Shown piece after piece: positions 29,104 to 39,116 of a DNA stretch of 56,452 nucleotides. Position 1 is the stretch's first letter. The number at the start of each line of letters is the position of its first letter. Source of the DNA: Corynebacterium sp. (GTDB lineage Bacteria > Actinomycetota > Actinomycetes > Mycobacteriales > Mycobacteriaceae). Under the pieces are notes generated by a model. It had not been told where the DNA came from, searched no databases, and worked only from the letters and a program-made list of their open reading frames with translations. The stretch spans positions 1 to 56,452 of the forward strand of contig NZ_DUOE01000050.1 of the NCBI RefSeq assembly GCF_012838985.1. The letters are read 5' to 3'. The position numbers and the translations under genes are program-made.

Positions 29104-30420
29104 ATGACTCTGAGCTCCCTGACCTCCGCACGCACCCAGAAGTCCGCGCAGCTGCACGAACGTGCCCGCACCCTCATCCCCGGTGGGGTGAACTCCCCGG
29201 TCCGCGCCTTCGGTTCCGTCGGCGGCCAGGCCCGTTTCATCGACTCCGCCCACGGTTCCACGCTCGTCGACGTCGACGGCAACGAGTACGTCGACCTCGT
29301 CTGCTCCTGGGGCCCGATGATCAACGGCAACGCCCACCCGGAGATCACCGACGCCGTCGTGCAGGCCACCGCGAAGGGTCTGTCCTTCGGTGCGCCGACC
29401 GAGGCGGAGATGCAGCTCGCCCAGATGATCATCGACCGCACCTCCGTCGAGGAGGTCCGCCTGGTCAACTCCGGCACCGAGGCCACCATGTCGGCCGTGC
29501 GCCTGGCGCGTGGCTTCACGGGCCGTTCCAAGATCATCAAGTTCGACGGCTGCTACCACGGCCACGTCGACGCGCTGCTGGCCGCCGCCGGTTCCGGTGT
29601 GGCGACCTTCGCGCTGCCGGACTCCCCGGGCGTCACCGGCGCCTCCGCGGCCGACACCATCGTCGTGCCCTACAACGACCTGGCGGCCGTGAAGCAGGCC
29701 TTCGCCGATCACCCGGGTGAGATCGCCGCGGTCATCACCGAGGCGGCGGCCGGCAACATGGGCACCGTCGCCCCGCGTGAGGGCTTCAACGCCGCACTCA
29801 AGGAGGTCGCCCACGCCGACGGCGCGCTGCTCATCATGGACGAGGTCATGACCGGTTTCCGCACCTCCTACTCCGGCTGGTACGGCGTCGACGGGGTGGC
29901 CGGTGACCTGACCACCTTCGGCAAGGTCGTCTCCGGTGGCCTGCCGGCCGCCGCCTTCGGTGGCCGCGCCGACATCATGGAGCACCTCGCCCCCTCCGGC
30001 CCCGTCTACCAGGCGGGCACCCTGTCGGGTAACCCCGTCGCCATGGCCGCCGGCATGGCCTCCCTGCGTCTGGCCTCCGAGGACATCTACCCGCTGCTCA
30101 ACCAGCACGCCGACCGCCTGTCCGGCATGATCTCCGAGGCCCTGACCCGCGAGGGCGTGGCGCACCACATCCAGCGCGCCGCCACGATGTTCTCCGTGCG
30201 TTTCGCCGAGGGGGAGGGCCACAACTTCGCGGACATGAAGGCCGCCGACACCTTCCGTTTCCCGCCCTTCTTCCACGCGCTGCTCGACCACGGTGTCTAC
30301 GCCCCGCCGAGTGTCTTCGAGACCTGGTTTGTGTCGACCGCCCTGAGCGACGATGATTTCACCCGTATCGAGGAAGCTCTCGTCCCGGCCGCCCAGGCCG
30401 CGGCCGCCGCCACCGCGTAA
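29104..30420 (+). CDS. hemL: Glutamate-1-semialdehyde 2,1-aminomutase
   Basis: [46 protein letters not shown]; TATGAT 7 nt before the ATG. Confidence 0.97.
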   Translation: MTLSSLTSARTQKSAQLHERARTLIPGGVNSPVRAFGSVGGQARFIDSAHGSTLVDVDGNEYVDLVCSWGPMINGNAHPEITDAVVQATAKGLSFGAPTEAEMQLAQMIIDRTSVEEVRLVNSGTEATMSAVRLARGFTGRSKIIKFDGCYHGHVDALLAAAGSGVATFALPDSPGVTGASAADTIVVPYNDLAAVKQAFADHPGEIAAVITEAAAGNMGTVAPREGFNAALKEVAHADGALLIMDEVMTGFRTSYSGWYGVDGVAGDLTTFGKVVSGGLPAAAFGGRADIMEHLAPSGPVYQAGTLSGNPVAMAAGMASLRLASEDIYPLLNQHADRLSGMISEALTREGVAHHIQRAATMFSVRFAEGEGHNFADMKAADTFRFPPFFHALLDHGVYAPPSVFETWFVSTALSDDDFTRIEEALVPAAQAAAAATA

Positions 30421-30436
30421 AGGAAACACACCCTCC

Positions 30437-31039
30437 ATGTCGCACACGATCGTCCACCTCATCCGTCACGGTGAGGTCCACAACCCGGAGCGCATCCTCT
30501 ACGGCACCATCCCGGGCTACCACCTGTCCTCCCGGGGCCGTTCGCAGGCGGCCCGCGTGGCCCGCACCTTCGAGGACCACGACGTCACCTTCCTCGGCGC
30601 CTCCCCGCTGCAGCGCGCCCAGGAGACCGCGGAGCCTTTCGCGGAGACGCTGCTCCTCGACGTCGAGACGATCCCCGAGATCGTCGAGGCCGGCAACCGC
30701 TTCGAGGGTCTGCGCACCAAGGGCTGGAACTCCCAGCTGTGGAATCCGGTGCGCTGGCCGCTCATGTTCAACCCCTTCGAGCCGAGCTGGGGCGAGGCCT
30801 ACGTGGACATCGCCGAGCGCATGATGGGGGCCGTCGAGCAGGTCCGCCGGAAGGCGGAGGGCCATGAGGCGATCCTCATCAGCCACCAGCTGCCGATCGT
30901 CATGGTGCAGCGCAGCGTCATGGGTGTGCCCCTGGCGCACGCCAGCCGCCAGTGCGAGCTGGCGTCGGTCACCTCGCTCGTCTTCGACGGTGACCAGATC
31001 ACCGACATCTTCTACACCACCCCCGCGAAGGACATCTGA
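30437..31039 (+). CDS. Histidine phosphatase family protein
   Basis: LIRHGEVHNP, SPLQRAQETA, SHQLPI. Confidence 0.88.
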   Translation: MSHTIVHLIRHGEVHNPERILYGTIPGYHLSSRGRSQAARVARTFEDHDVTFLGASPLQRAQETAEPFAETLLLDVETIPEIVEAGNRFEGLRTKGWNSQLWNPVRWPLMFNPFEPSWGEAYVDIAERMMGAVEQVRRKAEGHEAILISHQLPIVMVQRSVMGVPLAHASRQCELASVTSLVFDGDQITDIFYTTPAKDI

Positions 31040-31040
31040 C

Positions 31041-31640
31041 ATGCGCCTCCGTGCCATCGCGGCCGTGCTCGGCGTGGCCGCGCTGACGCTGACCGCCTGC
31101 GGCCAGGACCCGGACGCCGCGAAGAGCGCCGTCGCAGTGGGCGGCACCTTCCAGTTCCACTCGCCCGGCGGGAAGACCACGATCTTCTACGAGGAGTCCG
31201 ACCGGGCCCCGCTGCCGGACATCTCCGGTGACTCCCTCATGGAGGAGGGCACGGAGATCTCCCTGTCCGATTACGCGGGCGAGGTCGTCGTGCTCAACGC
31301 CTGGGGCCAGTGGTGCGCCCCGTGCCGCTCGGAGGCGGATGACCTGCAGCGTGTCCAGGACGAGATCACCCCGCTCGGCGCGACCATTCTGGGCATCAAC
31401 GTCCGCGACTACAACCGGACGATCGCGCAGGACTTCGTCATCGACAACGGCCTGACCTACCCGTCGCTCTACGATCCGCCGTTCCGTTCGGCCGCCGCCC
31501 TCGGTGGCGTGCCGACGTCGGTCGTCCCGACGACGATCGTGCTGGACCGCCAGCACCGTCCGGCCGCGGTGTTCCTCAAGGAGATCACCGACAGGGAGCT
31601 TCTCGACGCCGTCCTGCCCCTCATCGAGGAATCCGCATGA
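31041..31640 (+). CDS. TlpA/ResA-like thiol-disulfide oxidoreductase lipoprotein (CcsX)
   Basis: Lipobox LTAC, WGQWCAPC, VPTT. Confidence 0.9.
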   Translation: MRLRAIAAVLGVAALTLTACGQDPDAAKSAVAVGGTFQFHSPGGKTTIFYEESDRAPLPDISGDSLMEEGTEISLSDYAGEVVVLNAWGQWCAPCRSEADDLQRVQDEITPLGATILGINVRDYNRTIAQDFVIDNGLTYPSLYDPPFRSAAALGGVPTSVVPTTIVLDRQHRPAAVFLKEITDRELLDAVLPLIEESA

Positions 31641-32431
31641 CGGAGCTCGGTCAGCTCTTCGCCGACGCCGCCGCCTCCGGGCCGTTGATCCTGGGCCTGC
31701 TCGCGGCGGCCGCCGCCGGTCTGGTCAGTTTCGCCTCCCCGTGCGTGGTGCCGCTGGTGCCGGGGTACATGTCGTACCTGGCGGGCATCGTCGGCGGTGA
31801 GGTGCGGCATGACGCGGAGCACGGCGCCGTCGTGACGAAGAAGCGCCAGTGGGCGGTCGCGGGTGCGGCGCTGATGTTCATCCTCGGATTCACGGTGGTG
31901 TTCGTGCTGGCCACGGTCACCGTGTTCGGGGCGATCAGCATGCTCACCCTCAACGCGGAGACGCTCATGCGGGTCGGCGGCGTGGTGACCATCCTCATGG
32001 GCATCGTGTTCATGGGCATGATCCCGGCGCTGCAGACCGACACCCGCATGGCCCCGAAGCGTCTGACCACCTGGCTCGGTGCGCCGCTGCTCGGCGGCGT
32101 GTTCGCCCTGGGCTGGACCCCGTGCCTGGGCCCGACCCTGGCGGCGATCATCTCCGTGTCCGCCGGCACCGAGGGCATGACCGCCGTCCGCGGCGTGGCC
32201 CTCATCATCGCCTACTGCCTGGGTCTCGGCCTGCCGTTCCTGGTCATCGCGCTGGGCTCCGCCCGGGCGATGCGCACCATCGGCTGGCTGCGCAGGCACT
32301 CCCGCAAGGTGCAGATCTTCGGCGGTGTGCTCATGATCCTCGTGGGCCTCGCCCTGCTCACCGGCGCGTGGGCACACTTCATCAACTTCGTGCGTCAGTG
32401 GACCGTCGAGTACGGCGCCACCATCATCTGA
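31637..32431 (+). CDS. ccdA: Cytochrome c biogenesis protein CcdA
   Basis: SFASPCVVPLVPGY and GWTPCLGP motifs. Confidence 0.92.
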   Translation: MTELGQLFADAAASGPLILGLLAAAAAGLVSFASPCVVPLVPGYMSYLAGIVGGEVRHDAEHGAVVTKKRQWAVAGAALMFILGFTVVFVLATVTVFGAISMLTLNAETLMRVGGVVTILMGIVFMGMIPALQTDTRMAPKRLTTWLGAPLLGGVFALGWTPCLGPTLAAIISVSAGTEGMTAVRGVALIIAYCLGLGLPFLVIALGSARAMRTIGWLRRHSRKVQIFGGVLMILVGLALLTGAWAHFINFVRQWTVEYGATII

Positions 32432-32457
32432 CACGTTCCCCCTAGGAAGAGAGAGCA

Positions 32458-34116
32458 TTGCGTACGGTCGTCACGTACCTCAAGAAGTCCTGGCACTGGC
32501 TGACCAGCATGCGCACCGCCCTGGTGCTGCTGTTCCTGCTGGCCATCGCCGCCATCCCCGGCGCCCTGCTGCCGCAGCGCTCCCTCAACGAGGAGAACGT
32601 CAACGAGTACATCGCCAACAACGGCCGGCTCGCCGAGTTCTACGACCGGCTGCAGCTCTACGACGTCTTCGAGGCCACCTGGTTCCTCGCGATCGTGGTG
32701 CTGCTGACGATCTCCCTCATCGGCTGCATCCTGCCGCGTTCCTGGGACCACTACTTCGCCTGGAAGACCCCGCCCACCCGTGCGCCGCGGAACCTGGCCC
32801 GCCTGCCGCTGCACGCGGAGGGTGGCGTCGACAAGCCTGTGGAGCAGGTCGCCGACGAGGCGCGGGGCCTGCTCCGGCGCTGGCACGTCGCCGAGTACCA
32901 GCCCACCGAGGACCGCGCGGGCAAGCTCTCGTTGGCGGCCGAGCGGGGCTACGCGCGTGAGCTCGCCAACCTGCTGTTCCACCTGGGACTGGTCGGCATG
33001 ATCGTCACCGTCGCGCTGGGCCGGATGGTGTACTACGAGGGCCAGGTCATCGTGGTCACGGAGTCCGGCAACTACGAGACCCCGCCGATCGACCAGAACA
33101 CCGAGTTCTGCAACACCTCCACCGCGAACTTCGACTCCTTCCGTGCCGGCCCGCTCTTCGACGGCACCGGCCTGACCACCTTCTGCTTCGACGCGCACGA
33201 CTTCTCCGCGGACTACCTGCCCAACGGCCAGGCCGAGATGTTCACCTCGAACGTCTCCTACGCCGTCGGCGACGACATCCACAAGCCGAAGTCCGAGTGG
33301 ACCGACTACCAGCTCAAGGTCAACCACCCGCTGCGCATCGAGGGCGACCGCGTCTACCTCCAGGGTCACGGCTTCGCGCCGACGTTCACGGTCTCCTGGC
33401 CCAACGGTGAGTCCCGTACCCAGACGGTCCAGTGGCGCCCCGACGACCTGACCTACTTCCTGTCCTCCGGCGTCATGCGTTTCGACCCGCCCGCCGGCAT
33501 GTACCCGGAACTCATCGACCGTCGTGAGAACCAGATCGCCATCCAGGGCCTGTTCGCCCCGACGGCGCAGTGGGACGGCGAGAACAACGAGCTGCTCACC
33601 TCCCGCTTCCCGGCGATGACAGACCCGGCCGTCGCGATCGACATCTACCGCGGCGACGCGGGGCTCGACACCGGCCGCGCGCAGTCGATCTTCAGCCTCG
33701 ACACCGCGCTGCTGCACTCCGGTCAGCTGCAGAAGATCGAGCGTGTCAACCTCACCCGCGGCGACTCCGTCACGCTTGACGACGGCACCGTGGTCACCTT
33801 CGACGGCGCCAGCGAGTTCGCCAACTTCCAGATCTCCCGCGACCCCTTCCAGCCGTGGGTGCTGGCCACCACGATCATCATGCTGGCCGCCCTGGTGGGT
33901 TCCCTGCTGATCAAGCGTCGCCGCATCTGGATCCGCCTCACCCCGCGTGAGGACGGCGGCACCCACGTCGAGCTCGGCGGCCTGGCGCGCACCGACCGCG
34001 CCGGCTGGGGCCCGGAGTTTGACCGGATCCACCGGGAGCTGCTGGGTCTGCCTGACCCGGACGAGGTCGACGAGGATCTCCTCGTGCCCGAGGATGCCCG
34101 CCTCGCCTCCAACTAA
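32458..34116 (+). CDS. resB: Cytochrome c biogenesis protein ResB/CcsB (system II)
   Basis: LTSMRTALVLLFLLAIAAIPGALLPQ, GCILPR, LFHL, VNHPL. Confidence 0.9.
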   Translation: MRTVVTYLKKSWHWLTSMRTALVLLFLLAIAAIPGALLPQRSLNEENVNEYIANNGRLAEFYDRLQLYDVFEATWFLAIVVLLTISLIGCILPRSWDHYFAWKTPPTRAPRNLARLPLHAEGGVDKPVEQVADEARGLLRRWHVAEYQPTEDRAGKLSLAAERGYARELANLLFHLGLVGMIVTVALGRMVYYEGQVIVVTESGNYETPPIDQNTEFCNTSTANFDSFRAGPLFDGTGLTTFCFDAHDFSADYLPNGQAEMFTSNVSYAVGDDIHKPKSEWTDYQLKVNHPLRIEGDRVYLQGHGFAPTFTVSWPNGESRTQTVQWRPDDLTYFLSSGVMRFDPPAGMYPELIDRRENQIAIQGLFAPTAQWDGENNELLTSRFPAMTDPAVAIDIYRGDAGLDTGRAQSIFSLDTALLHSGQLQKIERVNLTRGDSVTLDDGTVVTFDGASEFANFQISRDPFQPWVLATTIIMLAALVGSLLIKRRRIWIRLTPREDGGTHVELGGLARTDRAGWGPEFDRIHRELLGLPDPDEVDEDLLVPEDARLASN

Positions 34117-34222
34117 AGTTGGGGAAAGGGTGGGCCGAGGGTTGGAATCGGCCTGGCCGGTGGGGTAGCGTCTCAGAGGTATCTCACCGGCCCACCTGAC
34201 TATCTGAGGGTGTCCTACACAC

Positions 34223-35218
34223 ATGACCGTCAACCAGACTCTCTCCAACTTCTCGGACGTCGCCTTCCAGTCGGCGTTCATCATCTATGTGCTGGCACTT
34301 GTCCTGTCGCTCGTCTACTACGGGCGCATGCAGGGCGTCATCGACGCCCGCCGGGCCCTGGCACGCGCCGAGCAGAAGGAACTGGTGGCGGTCGGTGACA
34401 GCGGTTCCACCGTGCTCGACGACACCCCGGACCTCTCCGAGGTGGAGAGGCTCGAGGCCGGTGCCAACAAGTTCGGCGGCATGACGCAGGCGATGGTGTG
34501 GCTGGGTGTCATCGTGCACTCCGTCTCCGCCGTCCTGCGCGGACTGGCCACCAACCGCTTCCCGTTCGGCAACCTCTACGAGTACGTGCTGGTCACCACC
34601 GCGTTCATCATGATCGGCGCGGCCCTGGTCATCCAGCGCCGTGAGTGGCGCGTCGTCTGGCCGTGGCTCCTGGTGCCGATCCTCATGCTCCTCTTCTTCG
34701 GCGGCACCAAGCTCTACGCCGACTCCGCCCCGGTCGTCCCGGCGCTGCAGTCCAACTGGCTGCCGATCCACGTCTCCATCGTCTCCTCCGGCGCCTCCCT
34801 CGGCGTGCTCTCCGGTATCGCCTCCCTCCTCTACCTGCTGCGCATCTGGCAGCCGCAGGGCAGGGAGCACGGCTTCTTCGGCGCCCTCGCCAAGCCGCTG
34901 CCGAGCGCCAGGAAGCTCGACGGCATGGCCTACAAGACCGCCATCCTCACCCTGCCCGTCTTCGGCCTGGGCATCGTCCTCGGTGCGATCTGGGCGGAGG
35001 CCGCCTGGGGCCGCTTCTGGGGCTGGGACCCGAAGGAGACCGTCTCGCTGATCTCCTGGGTCCTCTACGCCGCGTACCTCCACGCCCGTGCGACCGCCGG
35101 CTGGCGTGACTGGAAGGCCGCGTGGATCAACATCGCGGCCCTCGCGACCACCATCTTCAACCTGTTCTTCATCAACATGGTCGTCTCCGGCCTCCACTCC
35201 TACGCGGGCCTCAACTAG
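34223..35218 (+). CDS. ccsA: Cytochrome c synthase ResC/CcsA (system II)
   Basis: WWD motif GAIWAEAAWGRFWGWDPKET, WLPIHV, GLHSY. Confidence 0.93.
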   Translation: MTVNQTLSNFSDVAFQSAFIIYVLALVLSLVYYGRMQGVIDARRALARAEQKELVAVGDSGSTVLDDTPDLSEVERLEAGANKFGGMTQAMVWLGVIVHSVSAVLRGLATNRFPFGNLYEYVLVTTAFIMIGAALVIQRREWRVVWPWLLVPILMLLFFGGTKLYADSAPVVPALQSNWLPIHVSIVSSGASLGVLSGIASLLYLLRIWQPQGREHGFFGALAKPLPSARKLDGMAYKTAILTLPVFGLGIVLGAIWAEAAWGRFWGWDPKETVSLISWVLYAAYLHARATAGWRDWKAAWINIAALATTIFNLFFINMVVSGLHSYAGLN

Positions 35219-35270
35219 CCGGAGGCAGGCTAGACTTGATCCGAACAGCTTCATCAGAAGGAGTCGGACA

Positions 35271-35531
35271 GTGACAGGCACGTCAGCACCCAGGAAGAAG
35301 ACCGGCAAGCCCGCCGGCGATGATCCGGTGCTCCTCGACCTCGGTGCCCGGCTGGCCCAGCGCCGCCGCGACATCGGGGCGCTGCAGGCGGACATCGCGG
35401 AGAAGGCCGGGGTCTCCCGGTCGACGCTCCACACGATCGAACACGGCGGTACGGGGGTCCGCTGGGAGAAGGTCGCCGCCGTGGCCCACGCCCTCGGCCT
35501 GGCCATGACCTTCGAGGTCACCGGCGAGTAG
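35271..35531 (+). CDS. XRE/HipB-like HTH regulator (86 aa)
   Basis: LGARLAQRRR...QADIAEKAGVSRSTLHTIEHG; AAGGAG SD before the GTG. Confidence 0.8.
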   Translation: MTGTSAPRKKTGKPAGDDPVLLDLGARLAQRRRDIGALQADIAEKAGVSRSTLHTIEHGGTGVRWEKVAAVAHALGLAMTFEVTGE

Positions 35532-36608
35532 TCAGCCGCTGACCACCGCGTCCCACACGCGGAGCATGCCCACGGGCATGGAGGCGTCGGTGGGGTACGC
35601 CATGTTCCCCGGGTCGACGTCGAGGGTGATCCGCCGGCCCACCCACGGAGCCCACTCGGCGGAATTGTCCCGGTACACCGATTTCTCCCCGAGGCTGATC
35701 TCGGACATCCGCTGTGTGTACGGATCCCCCGGACCATGGAACGCGGTGATCTCCCGCGGCTCGTCCAGGATCAGGGTGTAGTACCGGTTGCTCTCGGGCT
35801 CACCGTTCGGGGACCGTTCGCCGCGCATCATCTCGCTGGTGCTCTTCTCCGAGACGACACCGGTGAAGCGGATCTGCCCGGCCGTCGGCCCAGTCTCCAG
35901 CTGTGGTGCGGTGGGTGCCGGGGAGTGCCTGGCGCCGGTGCGGACCACCTCCAGGCCGGAGTGGTCGGTGGAGGGGAACCATGTGAGCTCCTCATGGTCG
36001 GGCAGTGCGCCGAGCGCCTCGAAGACCGTGGGTTCCCCGGCCTTGACCAGTGAGGTCCCCTCCGGGCGGTAGAGCGTGCTCGTGCCCTCCCGCTGCATGG
36101 ACATGTAGTCGATCTGGTACACGCCGGCTCCCGCGCGGGAGCCCTCCAACCGCACCCGGCTGCCGCCGTTACCGGCGGCCCCGTCGATGAGGTAGTCGGT
36201 CGACCGGAGGAGCTGCCCGTCGGCGTCGGTGGTGTACAGGTGGATGCGTGCGAACTCCCTGCTGTCGACCCTGAGCAGCATGTCCGGCCGGTCGTCGCCG
36301 GTGGCCTCCACGATGGCGTAGGACCACGTGCCCGTGGGGTGGAAGCGGCTCCCGCGGTCCTCCGCGTGGACGGGAGGATCCTGCAGGGCGCGGAGGTAGG
36401 CGTCGGCGAGCTGGTCGCCGCTCACCGTGTCCTCCCCGGCGAGGGTGGACCGGGGTCCGGCGGCATCAGCGGCCGCCGTCTCGGTGACCACCACCGTCTC
36501 CACGATGACCTGGTCGTTCCCCGCACTGCAGCCGGCGAGGAGGAGGGCGGTGGACAGGCTGAAAAGAAGGCGCACGGGTGCTCCCTGGGACAGGTAAGGG
36601 GTGGTCAC
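35532..36608 (-). CDS. Putative lipoprotein of unknown function
   Basis: Lipobox LLAGC after a hydrophobic stretch; Thr/Val-rich linker; start may be the GTG near 36575. Confidence 0.7.
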   Translation of the reverse strand: MTTPYLSQGAPVRLLFSLSTALLLAGCSAGNDQVIVETVVVTETAAADAAGPRSTLAGEDTVSGDQLADAYLRALQDPPVHAEDRGSRFHPTGTWSYAIVEATGDDRPDMLLRVDSREFARIHLYTTDADGQLLRSTDYLIDGAAGNGGSRVRLEGSRAGAGVYQIDYMSMQREGTSTLYRPEGTSLVKAGEPTVFEALGALPDHEELTWFPSTDHSGLEVVRTGARHSPAPTAPQLETGPTAGQIRFTGVVSEKSTSEMMRGERSPNGEPESNRYYTLILDEPREITAFHGPGDPYTQRMSEISLGEKSVYRDNSAEWAPWVGRRITLDVDPGNMAYPTDASMPVGMLRVWDAVVSG

Positions 36609-36892
36609 GGGCGGGGCTCCGCCGGTGGATCATCGTCGGTGTCGGGCTCACGGTAGCGTTCCTCGGCGCGCCTGCGGCGTTCCTCTTCCTCCCGCTCGGC
36701 GGCCTCCCGGGCGCGACGCTGCTTGAAGCGGTCCTTCTCGATCTTCCACAGGAACTCCTCGTCGTCGTCCGGCCCCTTGATGGCACGGGGCTGCGGTGCC
36801 GCCTGATTGCGCTGCCATGTCTTCGGCCCGAAGGCCTTCCACACGAGCACAACGGCGACCACGACCAGCAGTACGAGTAACAGACGTCCCAT
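36605..36892 (-). CDS. Small membrane-anchored hypothetical protein
   Basis: MGRLLLVLLVVVAVVLVWKAFGP..., KGPDDDEEFLW motif. Confidence 0.75.
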   Translation of the reverse strand: MGRLLLVLLVVVAVVLVWKAFGPKTWQRNQAAPQPRAIKGPDDDEEFLWKIEKDRFKQRRAREAAEREEEERRRRAEERYREPDTDDDPPAEPRP

Positions 36893-36927
36893 GTGGCCCA
36901 CTCTAATGGCAGCAGTAGACTGCAGGT

Positions 36928-37263
36928 GTGACTGCACCAGATACTCCCCAGCACCCTTCCGACGCGCCCCCGGAGCTTGATCCGGCGGTCCGCCGCCAGG
37001 CGAACATGGCGCTGTTCAAGTACGGCGGCGCCCGCTTCGGGCTGTTCGTGGTGTTGACCATCGTGATCCAGCTGTTCGCCGTGCTCATCGACGCCCCCGT
37101 GCCGCTCGTCATGTCCGCCCTGCTGGCCCTGCTCGTGGCGTTCCCGTTGTCGATGCTCGTGTTCAAGGGCATGCGCATCGAGGCGAACCGTTCCGTCGGC
37201 GCCTGGAACGCGCAGCGCAAGGCCCGCAAGGAGTGGGTCAAGCGGGAGCTGGACGCCCGTTAA
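36928..37263 (+). CDS. DUF4229-like 2-TM membrane protein
   Basis: KYGGARFGLF...LLVAFPLSMLVF; usual position next to menA. Confidence 0.75.
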   Translation: MTAPDTPQHPSDAPPELDPAVRRQANMALFKYGGARFGLFVVLTIVIQLFAVLIDAPVPLVMSALLALLVAFPLSMLVFKGMRIEANRSVGAWNAQRKARKEWVKRELDAR

Positions 37264-38195
37264 CGTCCGAAGAGGAGCGCGATCACCAGCATCACGGGCA
37301 GTGAACCGAACGTGGTGAGGAAGACGGTGTCGCGCGCGATGATCATGCCGCGCTGGTAGGAGGCGGCGAAGTTGTACACGTTCTGCGCCGCGGGGAGCGT
37401 GGCGAGGATGACCGAGGCGTAGAGTTCGTTGCCCTCCAGCCCCAGGCCGAGGGCGATGCCCCACGCGATGAGCGGCATGCCCACCAGCTTGAGGGCGGTG
37501 GCGACGATCGTGCCCGGACGGTCGGCCGGGGTGGTCAGGGGCGCGGTGTTGCGTAGCGACGCACCGAAGCTGATGAGGATCATCGGGATCGACGCGCCGC
37601 CGAGGATCTCCAGGGGACGCATGACCGGGTCGGGGATCTGCAGACCGACGAGTGCCACGACCAGGCCGAGCACCGAACCGATGACCACGGGCGAGAAGAC
37701 CGCCGTGCGCACCGGTTCCCAGATGCGGGCCACCCGGGAGCGGCCGCCCGCGTCCCCGGAGACCAGTCCCGCGAGGATGAACGGCGTGAACACGACCATC
37801 TGCAGGACGAGGACCGGCACGACGTAGGTGGCCTCACCGAGGACGTAGACGCTCACCGGCAGGCCGATGTTCACCGAGTTGAAGTAGCAGGAGGAGGCCG
37901 CGCCCATCGTCGTGGTGGGCAGGTCCTGCCGGAAGAACAACGCCGAGGCGAGGATGTAGACGAGGGCGGTGGCGACCGTCGCCAGGAAGATGACGAGGAT
38001 GACCGGCGTGAACAGCGTGGCCGCATCCGACTTCGCCACCGAGGAGAACAGCAGCGCGGGGGACGCGGCGTAGAACGCGACCCGGTTGAGCACGAGACGT
38101 TCGCGGTCGTCCCTGATCACCCCGGTGCGTGAGAGGACCACGCCGACCGAGATGACAGCCAGGATGATGGCGAAGCCGGTGATGACTCCCGACAT
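37260..38195 (-). CDS. AEC (auxin efflux carrier) family transporter
   Basis: LNRVAFYAASPALLF, NSVNIGLP, LPAAQNV; about 10 TM. Confidence 0.87.
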   Translation of the reverse strand: MSGVITGFAIILAVISVGVVLSRTGVIRDDRERLVLNRVAFYAASPALLFSSVAKSDAATLFTPVILVIFLATVATALVYILASALFFRQDLPTTTMGAASSCYFNSVNIGLPVSVYVLGEATYVVPVLVLQMVVFTPFILAGLVSGDAGGRSRVARIWEPVRTAVFSPVVIGSVLGLVVALVGLQIPDPVMRPLEILGGASIPMILISFGASLRNTAPLTTPADRPGTIVATALKLVGMPLIAWGIALGLGLEGNELYASVILATLPAAQNVYNFAASYQRGMIIARDTVFLTTFGSLPVMLVIALLFGR

Positions 38196-39110
38196 CTACA
38201 GGCCCGGCGCGTTGAGGAAGAGCACCGCCGCGGTGATGACGGCCCACACCAGCATGGCCTGGCCCGTCGTCTTGATGAGCGGGATGAGTGCGGGCCCCCG
38301 GTTGCCGCGCAGGGCGACGAGGATGCCCTTGAGCGCCAGCGGCAGAGCCAGCAGCGCCAGCACCAGGAACCACAGCTGCGTGGCCAGGAGCAGGGAGACG
38401 ACGAACGGCGTCAGCGCCAGCGCCGTGTAGAGGTACCGGGTGTTCCGGTCCCCGAGACGCACCGCGAGGGTCACCTTGCCGGAGGCGGTGTCCGAGGGGA
38501 TGTCACGCAGGTTGTTGGCCAGGTTGACCGAGGAGGAGATCGCACCGATCGCCACCGCACCCCCGAGACCGATCCAGGAGACCGCCCCGGCCTGCGTGTA
38601 CTCGGTGCCCAGCACGGCGACGAGACCGAAGAAGATGAACACCGCGACCTCGCCGAGCCCGCGGTAGCCGTAGGGGTTCTTGCCGCCCGTGTAGAACCAG
38701 GCACCGAGGATCGACAACGCCCCGAGCAGGATGAACCACCAGGCGCTCGCCAGGGAGAGTGCGATGCCCGCCACCGCGGCCACCCCGAAGGAGAGGAACG
38801 CCGCCCGCTTGACGTCCGCGGGCTGCGCCAGACGTCCGCCCGTCAGGCGCGCCGGGCCGGTGCGGTCCTCGTCGGTGCCGCGGATGCCGTCGGAGTAGTC
38901 GTTGGCGTAGTTCACGCCGACGATGAGCGCCCACGCGACCACGAGCGCCAGCAGCGCCCGCCACCAGGAGAAACCACCGGCGAAGGCGGCGGCTCCGGAA
39001 CCGACGATGACGGGAGAGAAGGCGTTGGGCCAGGTGTGCGGGCGCGCGGCCTGCCACCAGTCCCGGGGCGTGGCGGGGTAGGGGTGAAGATCAACGGACA
39101 TGGGGCTCAT
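38196..39110 (-). CDS. menA: 1,4-dihydroxy-2-naphthoate polyprenyltransferase
   Basis: ARPHTWP, NYANDYSDGIRGTD, PYGYRGLGE, NNLRDI. Confidence 0.95.
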   Translation of the reverse strand: MSPMSVDLHPYPATPRDWWQAARPHTWPNAFSPVIVGSGAAAFAGGFSWWRALLALVVAWALIVGVNYANDYSDGIRGTDEDRTGPARLTGGRLAQPADVKRAAFLSFGVAAVAGIALSLASAWWFILLGALSILGAWFYTGGKNPYGYRGLGEVAVFIFFGLVAVLGTEYTQAGAVSWIGLGGAVAIGAISSSVNLANNLRDIPSDTASGKVTLAVRLGDRNTRYLYTALALTPFVVSLLLATQLWFLVLALLALPLALKGILVALRGNRGPALIPLIKTTGQAMLVWAVITAAVLFLNAPGL

Positions 39111-39116
39111 TGTGCT

